Below the pieces are notes generated by a model, which saw only the letters and a program-made list of their open reading frames with translations, had not been told where the DNA came from and ran no database searches. DNA of 64,000 nt from Lama guanicoe. Its lineage: Eukaryota. Below are positions 13,835-26,517 of this stretch, in pieces (position 1 is the stretch's first letter; every line of letters starts with the position of its first letter). Made by a program: the position numbers and the translations under genes. The stretch is taken from the NCBI GenBank assembly GCA_013239625.1, contig MU053881.1, forward strand, positions 13,940,373 to 14,004,372. Reading direction: 5' to 3'.

Positions 13835-15486
13835 TAAGGCACATGGCATTTCTCTATTGGGAATATTCTGACAGGCCATCCCCACTGCATGTAGCTAACT
13901 CCGTCTCTTCCTTCACATCCCCGTTCTACTGTAACCCTTGGACCAGGTCAAACCCCTTCTCCCATGCTCTCTCCACACCAGGTACTGTTCCTTTTTAATA
14001 CTTAGCACAGTCATAATTTCACCAGTTTTGTGTCACTGTTCAACTGATACCTGGTCTGCCAGCAGGCTATCAGCTCCTTCAGAGCGGGGGTCATGGCTGT
14101 GTGTTCACCCGTTGTATCCCCAGGACCTAGCGCAGTTCTTGACACGTAGTACATCCTCGATTGAAAAAAAAACTATTTAAATGGATACATGAAGGAAAGC
14201 CTGAGTAAGCTAATACAGAACCTAAAACACAGAGGTGAGAAACATAAATCCAATGAAGCAGATCTTTGGAAGACATTACTGGTCTTCAGGTGAGAAAACA
14301 TCAAGAGTCTTATGCTGCAAATAAATATGTGGTCACAGTGTTCAGGTTTGCCTGAATAGTAATAAGAATGTTTAAGCACTTCACCACTGTTAAAAGCATT
14401 TTATACATATTCATTCATATCATCCTGGTAACAGCCCTGCAGTGTAAGTGCTTCTGTTATCCCAGAGGGAGGAACAGCACTTTGCCCAAAACCACGGCAC
14501 TGGGAGCTGGTAGAGAAACGGTTTGTAACCACTAGATATGCAGCCATTTCTTTGGTCTGAAGGGTTCGAGTGCTGGGGAAGTCGGGCAGAATTGCGTGGA
14601 CGAGGCAGACAAACGTTTATCCTGAGCATCACCCACTGCATCACCTGGGGTCACCTGAGCTGCTGATGAGGTGGGGTGGCCGGCCCCAAGAGTGAAAATA
14701 AAGCACACAGGTTTCCCCACACCCCTCTCATCAGTGGACGCCTACCCAGTGCCCTCCGCCAATTCACGGGTAAGACGGTGCCAGCAGTGACTTCCTCATC
14801 AACGCAGTTCAGACCTCTTCATACCCCTCGCTGTGCCTCGCACAGGCCCCTGCACACAGTAGGTGCTCAGTGGATGTGCTTTGAATCAAACGGCCATGTA
14901 GTTCTTGCTTTATGATGAGAGTGACGGGCAGGGACCATCATAGGAGATCTAGTTGCTTGGATGATAACTCCATTTGGGGGAGCAGATGGGATGTGAGTCT
15001 CTCACTCTAAAACTAAACTTGACTCAAAAAAATAAGGAATTTGAACACTGATTGCCTCAGCCGAGGCGCAGAAAGAGGAACTGATTGTGGGGCCCACATC
15101 CCTGGTTTCTTCCCCAAAAGTAGGGGTACGGTGAAGGAGAAAGAGCCTGTGGAGGGGGCGGGGGGCGGTATTTGCTTTGGGACAGGTGGTGTAGTGGGGC
15201 AACAGCGTGAGGTCTGGGTCTCAGGTGGGAGAATGGGCCGAACTCGAGCTTAATGTCTTTGGCGTTGGCTGACATGATCAAGGGTTCGACGGTGCCATTT
15301 CCAAGGCCTCTTACAGCTGCAGGACCTGTGAGGCTCATGCTGCAACCTCTGACAAGGCTCATTTATGAGGGGGAGGGAGGGGGAAGATACTGGAGTCAGC
15401 TGCAGAATTTCTAAGGGCAGGGGTAAAAGAGTGAATTGGAAACAATGGAGAACAGCTGGTGGTCAGCTGAGTTTAAAGGACTAAGT

Positions 15487-15556
15487 AAGTATAGCTCAGT
15501 GGTACAGCGCATGAGGTCCTGGGTTCAATCCCCAGTACCTCCATTTAAAAAAAAAA
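15487..15556 (+). mobile_element. Vic-1-like tRNA-derived SINE, truncated and internally deleted
   Basis: A box 'tagctcagtgg', B box 'ggttcaatccc', A tail. Confidence 0.8.
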
Positions 15557-16053
15557 GACACCAAGAAATGCTAGGCTGGGGGAGGGGAGTTTCAGCCCAT
15601 TCTCGGGCAAAATTCCTTTAAAGTCCAGGTGCCAGACCACCCACCGCAGAATTGCCTACGGAAATTTTTAAAAATACAGACTCCTGAGCCCTCCTGGAAT
15701 CTCAGAGTTTCATGCAGAGATCTGCATTCTTAATACCCAGACAATGCCTGTGAATCCTAAAATCTAGAAACCTCTGATCTGCAGAGAGAGAGGATACTTG
15801 CCAGGGAAGGGAAATAAAATCCCAAATGCTTAGAGTAAGACCTGAGTAATGATGCCTTTTTTCAAGGATAAGTTAACGCCTTATGTTAAGCCCACCTGTG
15901 GATTGAGTGGAACGGCAATTAATCAGGATGACTAAGCACTTTTCGTAATAGATGGGGGTGTGCGTTAAACTCTCCTTGCTGCTCTCTCCAGTACTTCGCA
16001 CAGAAAGAAATACTCTCCTTTTGGCCTGTCTTCCCTTTCCTCTGAGAATAAAG

Positions 16054-16110
16054 GTAGCCGCCGCCGCCGCCGCGGTCCTGAGAAAAGCTGGACCCCGGAA
16101 GTCAGGATGC
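16054..16110. promoter_or_regulatory. (GCC)5 tract plus ETS motif CCGGAAGT
   Basis: 'gtagccgccgccgccgccgcgg...ccccggaagtc' in unique sequence. Confidence 0.3.
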
Positions 16111-19100
16111 AATACAGCCATGTCTCTGGCAGAAAGATGGAGCTCCTTGGCCTGGATTGAAGCCACCCTGTAAAACCGCTAGACAGAGCCCAGCCCCATC
16201 TCCTGACCCTTGGCCTTCAAATTCCTACAGTTTGTAAATTAATCACCAGAAAATGGATACTTTCAGCTGGACCAAGTTCCCAAGTTCTGGCCCTCACCCA
16301 CCCAGGGGCTCGCTCTTAAAATACACTGGAGGGGCCGGAGCTGGGCTAGGGGAGACCAGGGCAGGCATCTCTCCGGGGTGAGCTCTGGGCTCCTGAGCCA
16401 GTTAGGGCCGCCCTGCTGGGGAGCCTTGGAGAACAAGGGTGGAGATGCAGGGCTCTGAGAGAAGCCTGGAAGCCTGGGGCGGGCGGGGCCCGGCAGGTTC
16501 CTGCAGCGAGAGGAGGCGGGGTGGGGGGGTGGAGGAATTGCATTCAGGTGTGTGACTCTGGAAGGCTAGGCTTCAAAAGGCGTTGGTGCTGCTCCTCCAG
16601 CCGGAGAGGAAGGAGGCTCTCCCACTAGCTCTCAGGCCCCTTCGAGGGGATAACTGGCAGTGGTTAGTGTCCAGTCTCCCTCTGGCCAGTGACCCACCAG
16701 AATCAAAGCCCAGGGAGTGCCTGACCAGCACCGACTGGCCCGTCATAGCTGTGGCACCGGCACCAAGGAGAGGAGGTAAGCGCCCTGCTTGATACTCAGA
16801 CCGGGAGGGCAGTGTTCTCAGCTCTCCCCACTGCCTGCTGGCCTGGGGCAGAGGGGCTGCTTCCGAGGGAACCTCTGAGTGCTGGGGGCTGCCGCTGTGT
16901 CTCCCATGAGCCACCTGCAGCTCTGGGCTCCCAGGGCACCTCCTTTCTCAATTTGGGGAGCTCTGTGCTCACGCTGGAAGGCCCCTTGCATCCAGGTGAC
17001 GGGGGTCTGAGGACAGCCGCAGGTGGTGATGGTGGTCACTATACATGGTCTTGGCTTTTTCCGTGGCCGACAAGCAAACAGCGTCCGCCTTTGCTGCCTA
17101 CAGCTTGGAAAGAATGACCTGTACAGAAAGCCCATAATATGCAGTCGTCGGTTGTTACCTTTCCTATTTCGGGGGCTCTTTCCAAAAGCTTACAAAGCCG
17201 TTATGCAGGATTTTGAAAGAAGTAAGTTGTGTGAGGAAGACTGAGAGTGAGACAGAGGTGGGTTTTCGATGGCGATGGATAAAATAGTCACAGTAAGAGC
17301 TGCTGGAAAGCTGGCAGTTGCAAAACACGCGGGTGAAGGGCTTTTCGGCTTGGTGCAGCCAGCGGCACAGGTGTCGGTAATGCCCACAATTAGTGACGAG
17401 GATGCCCAGCCCCAGGGAGGCTCATTGAGCCAGAGCAGGTTAGCTGGTCTCAGGACGCGCTCCCGACTTAGGCCGAGGAGGTCGTGTTCGGCCGAGGGTC
17501 TCTGAGAGTCAGCGCACAGGTGAAAAGAGGCTTTACAAGGAGGCTTTCTCCATCTCCTGTTGCCATGTTCAGGAGCTAATTGAGACCTTGGTCTCTACTT
17601 CTCCAGCCTCAATAATCCCTCGTTGTGGACGTGGAGACTGTTAAGAGCCCACTGTCAGCAATATGTAATCACCGTGGTCTGTGCACTTAGAATTCAGACC
17701 GTAGCTGGGCAGTGGAGCTGGTCTTCAAACTCCAGAGGAAAGGAAGGTGTTGGAGAGCCAGACACTGAACCAGTGCACTATGGTCACTACGAATTAAACC
17801 CAACCCCCCCCCAAATGGTTTATCAGGCCTCATGTGGCTCCAGCCCTTGCCTCGTCCCCAGCTTCACCTAATACCGGTGCCCTCAGTCCGCGGTGAGCCA
17901 GCGACATTGCCTGCCTCTGTCCTTTCCCTCCTCAGGCCCTGCGGTCTTCCCTCTGCTGGGAGCATGTTCCCTCGGGCTTATCCTGTATTGCGGTCCCTTT
18001 TTTCAGGAAGGCTGCAGCTCAGACTTGGCCTGTAAAAGAGGGCTTCCCAGACCAAAGAAGCGCCACCACCACTCAGATCACACTCCCTCCCCGTACTGAT
18101 TGTCTTCATTACACTGCCGACCATGTGAAATTCCGTCATCTCGTTTATTTTCTCTCTTCTCGCTCCGGCTACAACTCCATGCGGGTAGGGACCGTCCGTG
18201 TTTCCTGCCTGCTGGGCACTGCTGGGTGCCCAGGGCTTGGCAGATCTCCCAGTGATAACAGGGGTGGGCTGATGTTTGGTGAGTGAGTAATGGAAGGGTT
18301 TGGGGAATACCATGACCGCCAGTTTGCCTGCCTCTTATCTCACACCTCGATTCAGTCTCCCCTGGGAAGGCAAACGTCTCGGTCTAGAAACTGAATTAAG
18401 GAGCGCACCAGGGGCAACTGTTTCCATTCTTGGAGTAGCGTGTGGAAAAACGCCAAATGGCATCGAGTGGATTTCGTTCCCTGAGAAACAGCGAGGTACC
18501 GATAAGGCTGGCTCTGCTGGCCGGCCTTGATAGGCCACACTGCCTGTGACTCAGCCCAGCACGCTCTCCGGTGCCCGTGGCATTGACCTTCGCTGTGCCG
18601 GGGTACTTGGCATGCCAACGGGGTTTCCCAAAGATGAGAGGTCATCCTGCCAGCCCTGCTTCATCAAGCCTCTCATTCAAGTTCCCAGCAGCCTATGCTC
18701 ACACGTCTTTTGCTATTTTGGGTGCCCTTCCTTTATAGGATAGGAAGAGGCCCATATTTGGGAACAGGGGGGCCCAAGGGTTTCTCTGGGCTCTATCAGT
18801 CTCTGCAACTGGGGGCCAGTCCCTTAGTGCCTCCACTTCTCATGTGTCTCCTCTGTAAATGGAATGAGAACAGCTGCCCTCTGTAGCCGGGAAGGTTGCT
18901 GTGAGGTGATGCCAGCCCTTTGCAGAGTATTCAGTGTGACAGTGTTGGAGAAGCCAGTGGAATAAAGCTCTGCTCACAAGCACCCGGCCCTGCAAGCGGT
19001 GAGGAGCAGAGAGTATGTAGGGAAGTGTGTTTGTTCTGGAGAATTTGACTTGCAGCAAATCCACAATTGCAGAAGACATCCCTCAGGAAGAGATTTGTCT

Positions 19101-19777
19101 GCAGGGTTCCTCCTCCCGGGCAGCTACCTCAGGAATCGACTTACTCACTTTAATTAACAGCCAGCCTGTTTGCTTTGCAGCAAGCAGCCTTCGGATCCAG
19201 CCCAGTGGCACTTCCTCCTTGGCAGGCACACAGCACTTGGCAGAATTTCACATGCTGCTGGTTTTTATGGGTCCTGTCTTGGTCTTACGTGTTCTTCGTT
19301 GTAATGTGCGGTACGCCTTCCTGGCATCAGCCCTGGGCCTGTCTCTATTTGGCTTAAGGGACCTCTGATGTTCCTGTCTGACCCTCAGGTGGTTCTGTGA
19401 TTCTTGTTTTAAGGCAGTCCTTACCTTAGGCTCCTCTCCCGTGTGCTTTTCTTGACGTCCAGGTTTTTTTTTTAATGCCTTCTTTGAAAGCAAATAGATC
19501 TCTGAATTAGGAGCCAAACCAGAGGCCTGATGATTTTCTGAGGAGGAAGGGGTCTGTAAGCAAAGTTGTATCATGGGAAGAAAAATGATCTTACATGTCC
19601 GGAGATGTGGGCTTGAATCCTGGCCAGGTTTCTCAGTAATCCTCTCCCGACTCCTTGGGCCATGGTGGGAGACACAGCCATATTAGCAGCGGACTTTTGT
19701 TGCAGACTTAGTGTTAAGAGGATTCCTTGGATAAGCTCACTTCATGTTCATACTGACTGTTCTTGTTTTTGGAAGTG

Positions 19778-19936
19778 AGGGAGGGTATGGCTTAGTGGTA
19801 GAGCATGTGCTTTACATGTACAAGGTCCTGGGTTCAATCCCTAGTACCTCCATTAAAAAAAAAAATCTAATTATCCCCGCCAAAACAAAACGAACAAAAA
19901 CAAATAAAATTCTCTAAAAAAAAAATTTTTTTTTAA
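19778..19936 (+). mobile_element. Vic-1-like SINE with TSD
   Basis: 'gggagggtatggcttagtggtagagc...ggttcaatccctagtacctcc' plus A-rich tail; TSD ttttggaa(g/a)tg. Confidence 0.9.
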
Positions 19937-20544
19937 GTTTTGGAAATGGGGAATGTGAGACTCAGGCTGCAAGGTCATCAGGTAACAAGTGATGGAACCC
20001 AGATTCAAGTGCATGCTGGTTGACAGAAGAGCACGTGCTGTTGTCTGTCAGGTGCATTGCTTTCTACTGGGCTGCACTACCTTGGGGTCTCTCTTCATAC
20101 CCAGTTGGACATCCCTGGGCCTGCCGTCCCCACAGGATGCCATCCAATGAGATAATGCTGTTCAAGGTCCATGGAAATGATGCAGGGTCATTTCACCGTT
20201 TCCCATACATCTTGGTTACCAAGATTTAGAAAAATGTTCTACAGGTAATTTCTTTTCTCCAAGTGGCCTTTCAAGAAAATGACAAATATTTTCAAAAGAA
20301 AAAAAGAAAAGCAAAAAGGTGTATCTTGCCAAAAGGGAACATGAGAATCATTAGCCCTTACCCAGAGAAGAGGTTTTCTACCAAGCTGAACCCCAACTGT
20401 TTCAAATTCTTTAAATCCTGAGGAGAATTTGCAGGTCCTTTATGCTCTGCCAGGGATTAATGATGCAATAAAGACAGTCAGCATTTATTAACTACCTCTT
20501 CATACTCACCACTGACAGGGAGCATTTTCCTCATGTGAACTTGT

Positions 20545-20785
20545 GTACAAGAGGCAGTTCTTCACAGTGTTGAGGGTGTGGCCTTGGGGTTTAGAGTGCC
20601 GGGCTCAGTCAGTTGCTAGCTGTGTGACCTTGGGTAAGTTTCTCAACCACTCTGTGCTTCAGATTCCCCGCCTGTAAATGTACTGAACTTTCCCTCAGTG
20701 GTGGTGTGCACATTAGCAGAGTGGACACACATAAGATACAGAAACAGTGTTGGGTATGTAACGTCCTCTCAAATGTTTGCTGCTG
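20545..20785 (+). mobile_element. MIR SINE
   Basis: 'ctagctgtgtgaccttgggtaagtttctcaaccactctgtgcttcag'. Confidence 0.85.
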
Positions 20786-22580
20786 CTCCTCTGCCCTCAG
20801 TCCCTTAATAAGCGAGGTCCTCTTACTCCTATCCTGAAAGTGTAGAAACTGACAGTCAGGTCATAGGCCTGGAATCAGGATCTGAGCCTCCAACAGCGTT
20901 CGTCCCAAGCCTTCCCTCTTGTGTGTCTTGAGCTCCTCTAACTCTAAAGGAAACACACATACCTCTGGGAACTCAATTTGACAGGAGTTCTTACTCCAAG
21001 ACTCAACCTGCTTTCCCTCCGTGCTTGTAGTTAAAGCTACGTAATGCCCTTTTGTTATCTTAAGGCTGGTGAGTGAAGTGTCTTAAGCGGTGTCTCTAGG
21101 CTATCAACCGGGCAGAACTTTCTCTTCTATTCAGGATTCTGTGTGTGGGCAGGCAACCACACTGGCCTTGGGGTGATAAATTTGCTCATGAAAAGCAATC
21201 AGTGTCTCTGCTCTTCCCCAAGACAGAGTGCTGATCTCACCAGTTAGGAGACTTGTCTCAGCTCTGTGATAACACTGTCCTGTGCTGGCTGGCTGGCTGA
21301 AATCGGTCTGTAGATGGTCTCTTGAGTTAGCACCAATATCAGTGTAAGTGACCAGAAGAAACTGGCCAGGGGTCTGCCTTGGGCTGGTCAAGGACAGATA
21401 GATGCCAGCAGGCGTAGGACCCAGTTAGACTTTGGAGTTACTATACCAGCTCACTCTCCCTGGGTGGGGACTCGATGCTGCAGTGTCAGAGCACCACGAT
21501 CCCCGGAAAGCCCCCGTTCTGCTGCTGCCAGCACCAAGTGTGCTTGGCTCTGAGATGGCTCCCAAATCATGACAGTAATTAGTAGCGGCTTCCTTTTATT
21601 GAGTCCTTGCTCTGTGTGGGTGCATTTAATGAGTTCATGTAATCCTAACACAACAACACTGTCAAGGAGGTTCCTGTATATCCTCCTAATTTTAAGGAAG
21701 AGGAAGACGGCATTTGTACAGCTCACAGGCTTGGCCAAGGGCACCCAGGGGAAAGTCGTGCCACCCGGACATACACCCAAACCTGTGCGACTCAACACAT
21801 GTTCTTCACCTCTGTGCTCAATGGCCTCAAACTCCTTCTGCCTGAATCACCCTCTCTGAGAGGCTTCGATAACATATTCCCCATTAGCCATGGAGAAACC
21901 GGTCCTGCTGGGCCACCCCCCTGGGGGATGTAGACAAACCTGCCTCACCTGGTTTCCCTGGTCCTTCCCACCCTGGCCCCTGAGCCGGTTTTCCCTTTGC
22001 CTCATCTTATCCACATACCTCTGAGCTGCTTAACTACTCAGCTTGGCTTTCTTCCCATAACCCTGTAGTCGCCGGAATACCGCAGGCGGGAAATGTGAGG
22101 GTGGAGTTTGTCCAAGGCACCCTCACGCCATTTCCTACCCTTTTGAACAGTAACCCTTCCGAGCCGTTCCAGTGTTTTCCTTCTCTCTTTTCAGCCTGCT
22201 TTAAAAGCAGGCTGGATCTGATCAGGTTGTGAAGCCTACGTTCAGTGCTGTGAGACAATTCAGTCGCTGGCATTTTAGCTGGAGGCCTGGCCTGTGAATT
22301 GCATCCTTTACAAAAGCAGATAAAACGATGGTCTGCATGGTGGCTGCCTGTCAAGAAAGTGCCTTCCATTGTAAGCGGCGCTTGTGCAGCTGGGCTGTGA
22401 AGAGGAGTCAATGCAGCAAGGAGGCGGGGAAATCTAGTTACGTCTTGGACCCTCAGTGTCTATGTAATCTTGCACAAATGACTTATTTTCCACAGAAGCG
22501 TAACACTCACTGCTTTCATTGTGTTCATCTCTACATATATTTACTGATCAGACTTCTGCTGTGTTCTGGGCACTGCACTG

Positions 22581-22886
22581 ACATATATATACACACACAC
22601 ATATATACACACACACATATATACACACACATATATACACACACATATATACACACACATATACACACACACATATACACACACACATATACACACACAC
22701 ATATACACACACACATATACACACATACACACATACACACGCGTATACACATACACACATATAAACACATACACACGCGTATACACATACACACATACAC
22801 ACAGTTACACATACACATACACACATACACACACATGTATATACACACACGTATATACACACACACATATACACACACACATACAC
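22581..22886. repeat. Compound (CA/TA)n microsatellite, ~(TACACACACA)n, within a MIR
   Basis: Seen directly; MIR-like sequence on both flanks. Confidence 0.95.
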
Positions 22887-24659
22887 TATTACCTTTAATT
22901 CTCCCAGTAACTTAATGAGATAAGTGCTACAATTGTCACTTGAAAGATGAGGAAAGTGAGGTTGGTAAGGTTAAACACCTGCCAAGTGGTGGAGATGGAA
23001 TTTGAGCCAGTGATTTCCATGTGAAATTCCATCCCCCAGACCAGGATGAGGCACTGGCTGACGGTCCGATGTGAAATTCTTCCTTTTCTACCACAAGAGC
23101 ACGTGTAAGTCTTTGTCTTGTGCACAGTCTGCTTTTGCAGCTCGTGCTGAGGGCGTTTTCCAGGCCACATGTCATCACACTGCTCCTCCGCTGCCCACCT
23201 TCTGATGGGAGACCAGAGCAGCCCCAGCCTATGTCCCACCATCACTCATTTTCCCTGCAGCCCCGTCTGCGCTCCCTGTCACAGCAAGACACCTCATCAC
23301 CAAGTGTAAATCTCACATTTTGTTTCCTAACAATTGAGAGATCTTGCAAACAAATGCTTGTACTTACCTCCGAAAATAAAACCATCTGTTTTCTCTTCCT
23401 CTGCGACCGCCAGATACCACTGCATTTCCAGGACACTCAAGAGAAGCAGAGCTTGGACGCAGGGGAGTTGAATGGGCCACAGAGGCAGGGGCTGGGAGGG
23501 GACCAGTAGGACGTAGGCTCAGGAACGTGAGAGTCTCCATCCTGTTTGTCACTATTTCCCGCCTGCCCCCCGGGGGGGACTCCATGCCAGGAGCTCAAGG
23601 GCTTATTCCCTGGATCAGTGCATTAGCTTCCTTAAAAAAGAGTATCTATTGCATATTTTTCAGGTACTTGTTTTTGCTTAAGAGGAAACAAAGAAGTGAG
23701 GTGGGTAAGTGTCGGGTCGTGGAATTACCTCACTCGGGGAGAAGTTTTCCTTCAGCCAGTTCTTAAGAGTATTTCTCTGCTTGGCTAGTCTGGACTCTCT
23801 TGGGGATGGAGCTGGTCATTTCCATCCTGTCTAGAAATGCGGTTTCTCCTGCCCCTGCTTCTCTAGAAGGCCTGCCCACACTTCCCCCCTTCGGGTCACA
23901 GGTGGAACCTGTCTGGGCAGTGATGGCCTGAGTGTCCCAGGGCCCGACTTTTTCCCCACGTCTCCCTAACTCTCTTCCAGGAAGAGTTCGGGGCAGTAAG
24001 ATTTCCATTCCTTGAGCACTAACAATGTGCCAGGCTCAACACTAAAGACTTCCATATACCACCTCCCTGAACCTTCACAAGCTCCCCCACCTCACCATTT
24101 TGTACAGGAACAAGGCCCTGACCTGTGGAACGTGGAGTGACCTGCTGGTGGGTGGTGAGCCCTGGCCTCCATGCGAGGACTTGGCCCTCCCAACCGGAGC
24201 TCCAGCCATCATGGGCAGCACAGCCAGTGCCCCCACCGCCCCCGCCGAAGTCCATAGCATCCTCCCGTGTGAGAGGCAGGCTGGCCCTTTTCTGACTTTT
24301 CTCAAGCCAGTTACCCACCCACTGAAAGCTACCATTTTCTAGAAGGGCAATCTCCAGTGGCCTTACTGTAAGGAGTCTGGGGTTGATTGGGTTCCCTGTT
24401 GGACTCAGTGGGACACAGAATCGCTTAAGGGGCCTGAACCTTCATTCTTGGTTACCATTCTGCTAAGGGTGACAGAGGAGGGTCTGCTGTGTGGTCTGAC
24501 CTAGAGAAAAAGGCCTGGAAAAGGATGCTGCTGGGCACCAGCTATGAGGCCCTAAGGGAAGGCTGCTGTCCCTGCTTAGTGTGTGAAGAGGAAGGTCAGC
24601 CGGGAGCTCAGGAAGAGGGCAGAAGTGTCCCATGCTTCGGTTCTTCCTGAGCCAGGACT

Positions 24660-24970
24660 TTTTTTAATTTTAATTTTTTTATTGAAGTACAGTCAGTTAC
24701 AGTGTGTCAGTCTCTGGTGTACAGCACAATGTCCCAGCCATGCATATACATATGTACATTCGTTTTCATATTTTTTTCCATTAAAGTTTATTACAAGATA
24801 TTGAACATAGTCCCCTGTGCTATACAAAGTCTATTTTTATACATAGTGACTAACATTTGCAAATCTCAAACTCCCAAATTTATCCCCTCCCACCCGCTTT
24901 GCCGGGTAACCATAACATGTTCACTATGTCTGCAAGTCTGTTTCTGTTGTAGATGAGTTCATGGTGTCCT
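24660..24970 (-). mobile_element. Young L1 3' end
   Basis: Near-identical to 11796-12108 and 40207-40400. Confidence 0.9.
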
Positions 24971-25029
24971 TTCCCTGAGCTGCAACTTTCACATCTGCTG
25001 CACGACCAGGGGCAGCCTTCAGTGATGCT

Positions 25030-25800
25030 TATTACCCAACATCATTATTTTGATGTGACTTAGGTTTATTTAAAAGGGAACTACTTTTACAAAAAGATAT
25101 ACACACCTCAGTGTTCAAAGCAGCACTACTGACAATAACAAAGATGAGGAAGCAACCATCGACAGATGACTGGTTGAAGATGTGGTATATATGTATAACG
25201 GAATATTACTCAGCCATAGAAAATGAAATAATGCCATTTGCAGCAACACAGATGGACCTGGAGATTGTCATAGTAAGTGAAGTAAGCCAGAGAAAGATAC
25301 ATACCATATGCTATCACTTATATGTGGAATCTAAGAGAAGATACAAATGAACTTAATTACAAAATAGAAACAGACTCACAAAGAAAACAAACTTATGGTT
25401 ACCAAAAGGGAAAGGAGGGCAAAGATAAATTATGAGTTTGAGATTAGCAGATACAAACTGCTATATATAAAATTTAAAAAACAAGTTCTTACTATATAAC
25501 ACGGGAACTATATTAAATATCTTTTAAACCATAACAGAAAAGAATGTGAAAGAGAAAATATATATTACTGAATCACTTTGCTATACACTAGAAACTAACA
25601 CAACATTGTAAATGAAGTATACTTCAGTTTAAAAAAGGGGAGCACTTAACTGGAAAATCAGTATTGCTTATGACAGAAGGTAACTACAGTTAAATACGAG
25701 GACCACAGAGCACCATGAGTAAACTCTAGGCAGATGCCACTGTCTGCTGAAAGCTCTGGCCCTGAGACTAACTCTTGCTTTGTTTCAAAGAACAGTTCAG
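25030..25800 (+). mobile_element. Charlie4a-like hAT fragment interrupted by L1
   Basis: 'ggaaaatcagtattgc...agaaggtaac...gctctggccctgagac' resembles the element at 47914-48386. Confidence 0.6.
25090..25636 (+). mobile_element. L1 3' end (ORF2 C-terminus plus 3' UTR)
   Basis: Translates to 'MFKAALLTITK...IMPFAATQMDLEIVIVSEVSQ', the L1 ORF2 tail. Confidence 0.9.
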
Positions 25801-26316
25801 TATTAACTGGCACCATTTCATGGGTGTGAAGTTTCAGTTTGGGAAACTGGAGGTGGGTGGTGATGATGGTTACACAACCGTATGAGTGTATTTAATGCCA
25901 CTGAGCATACACTGAAGTGACTTAAATGGCAAATTCTATTTGAAACATTTTACCATTAAAAACGAATATTTCTTTATGTACAGTTATGAAACAGTTACGA
26001 ACAGTTATCTCTAAGATACATTAAGTGAAAAAAGCAAAGTGCGAACAGTATGACCTAAACAGTTACTCATAGTTTTTTTTTTTTTTAGGAACATACATAT
26101 ACATACATGCATCTCTGCTTGGATAGGCAATGATCCCGTGGGAAGGATGACAGTAGTTATTGTATCCAGGGAAAGGGCTTCTGGCAATTAGGAATAGGGA
26201 GGGAGGGTCACTGCTATTTGATTTGTGTCCTGTGTATACGTGTGACTCATTCTAATTGACAGTTTTTTTAAACCCTTAAAAACTAGCACCGCAGTGAAAA
26301 CTAGTACCTTTAAAGC

Positions 26317-26517
26317 AGTGGTTCTCAGCCTTGCCCTCACCTAGACTCTAGCTGCGCAGAGTGAGGTCACCTGACCTGCAGCACTGGCGTCGCCTGGGAG
26401 CCTGGGTTTTGTTGGCAGTACAGCCTCTCAAGCCCACCCACACCCATGGAGTTCAAATCTGCACTTACCAAGGCGCCCCAGGGGCTTGCAGGACGTTAAA
26501 ATGTGCGAAGCGCTGCA
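26317..26517. mobile_element. MER5A-like hAT MITE
   Basis: TIRs 'cagtggttctca' / 'tgcgaagcgctg'. Confidence 0.7.

Noticed and set aside
19778..19856. tRNA genes (also 15487, 38731, 50290)
   Set aside because: A/B boxes are followed by SINE tails and, in most copies, TSDs; these are tRNA-derived SINEs
22328..22915. 195-aa His/Thr-rich ORF and antisense Cys/Val ORFs
   Set aside because: Translation of a microsatellite
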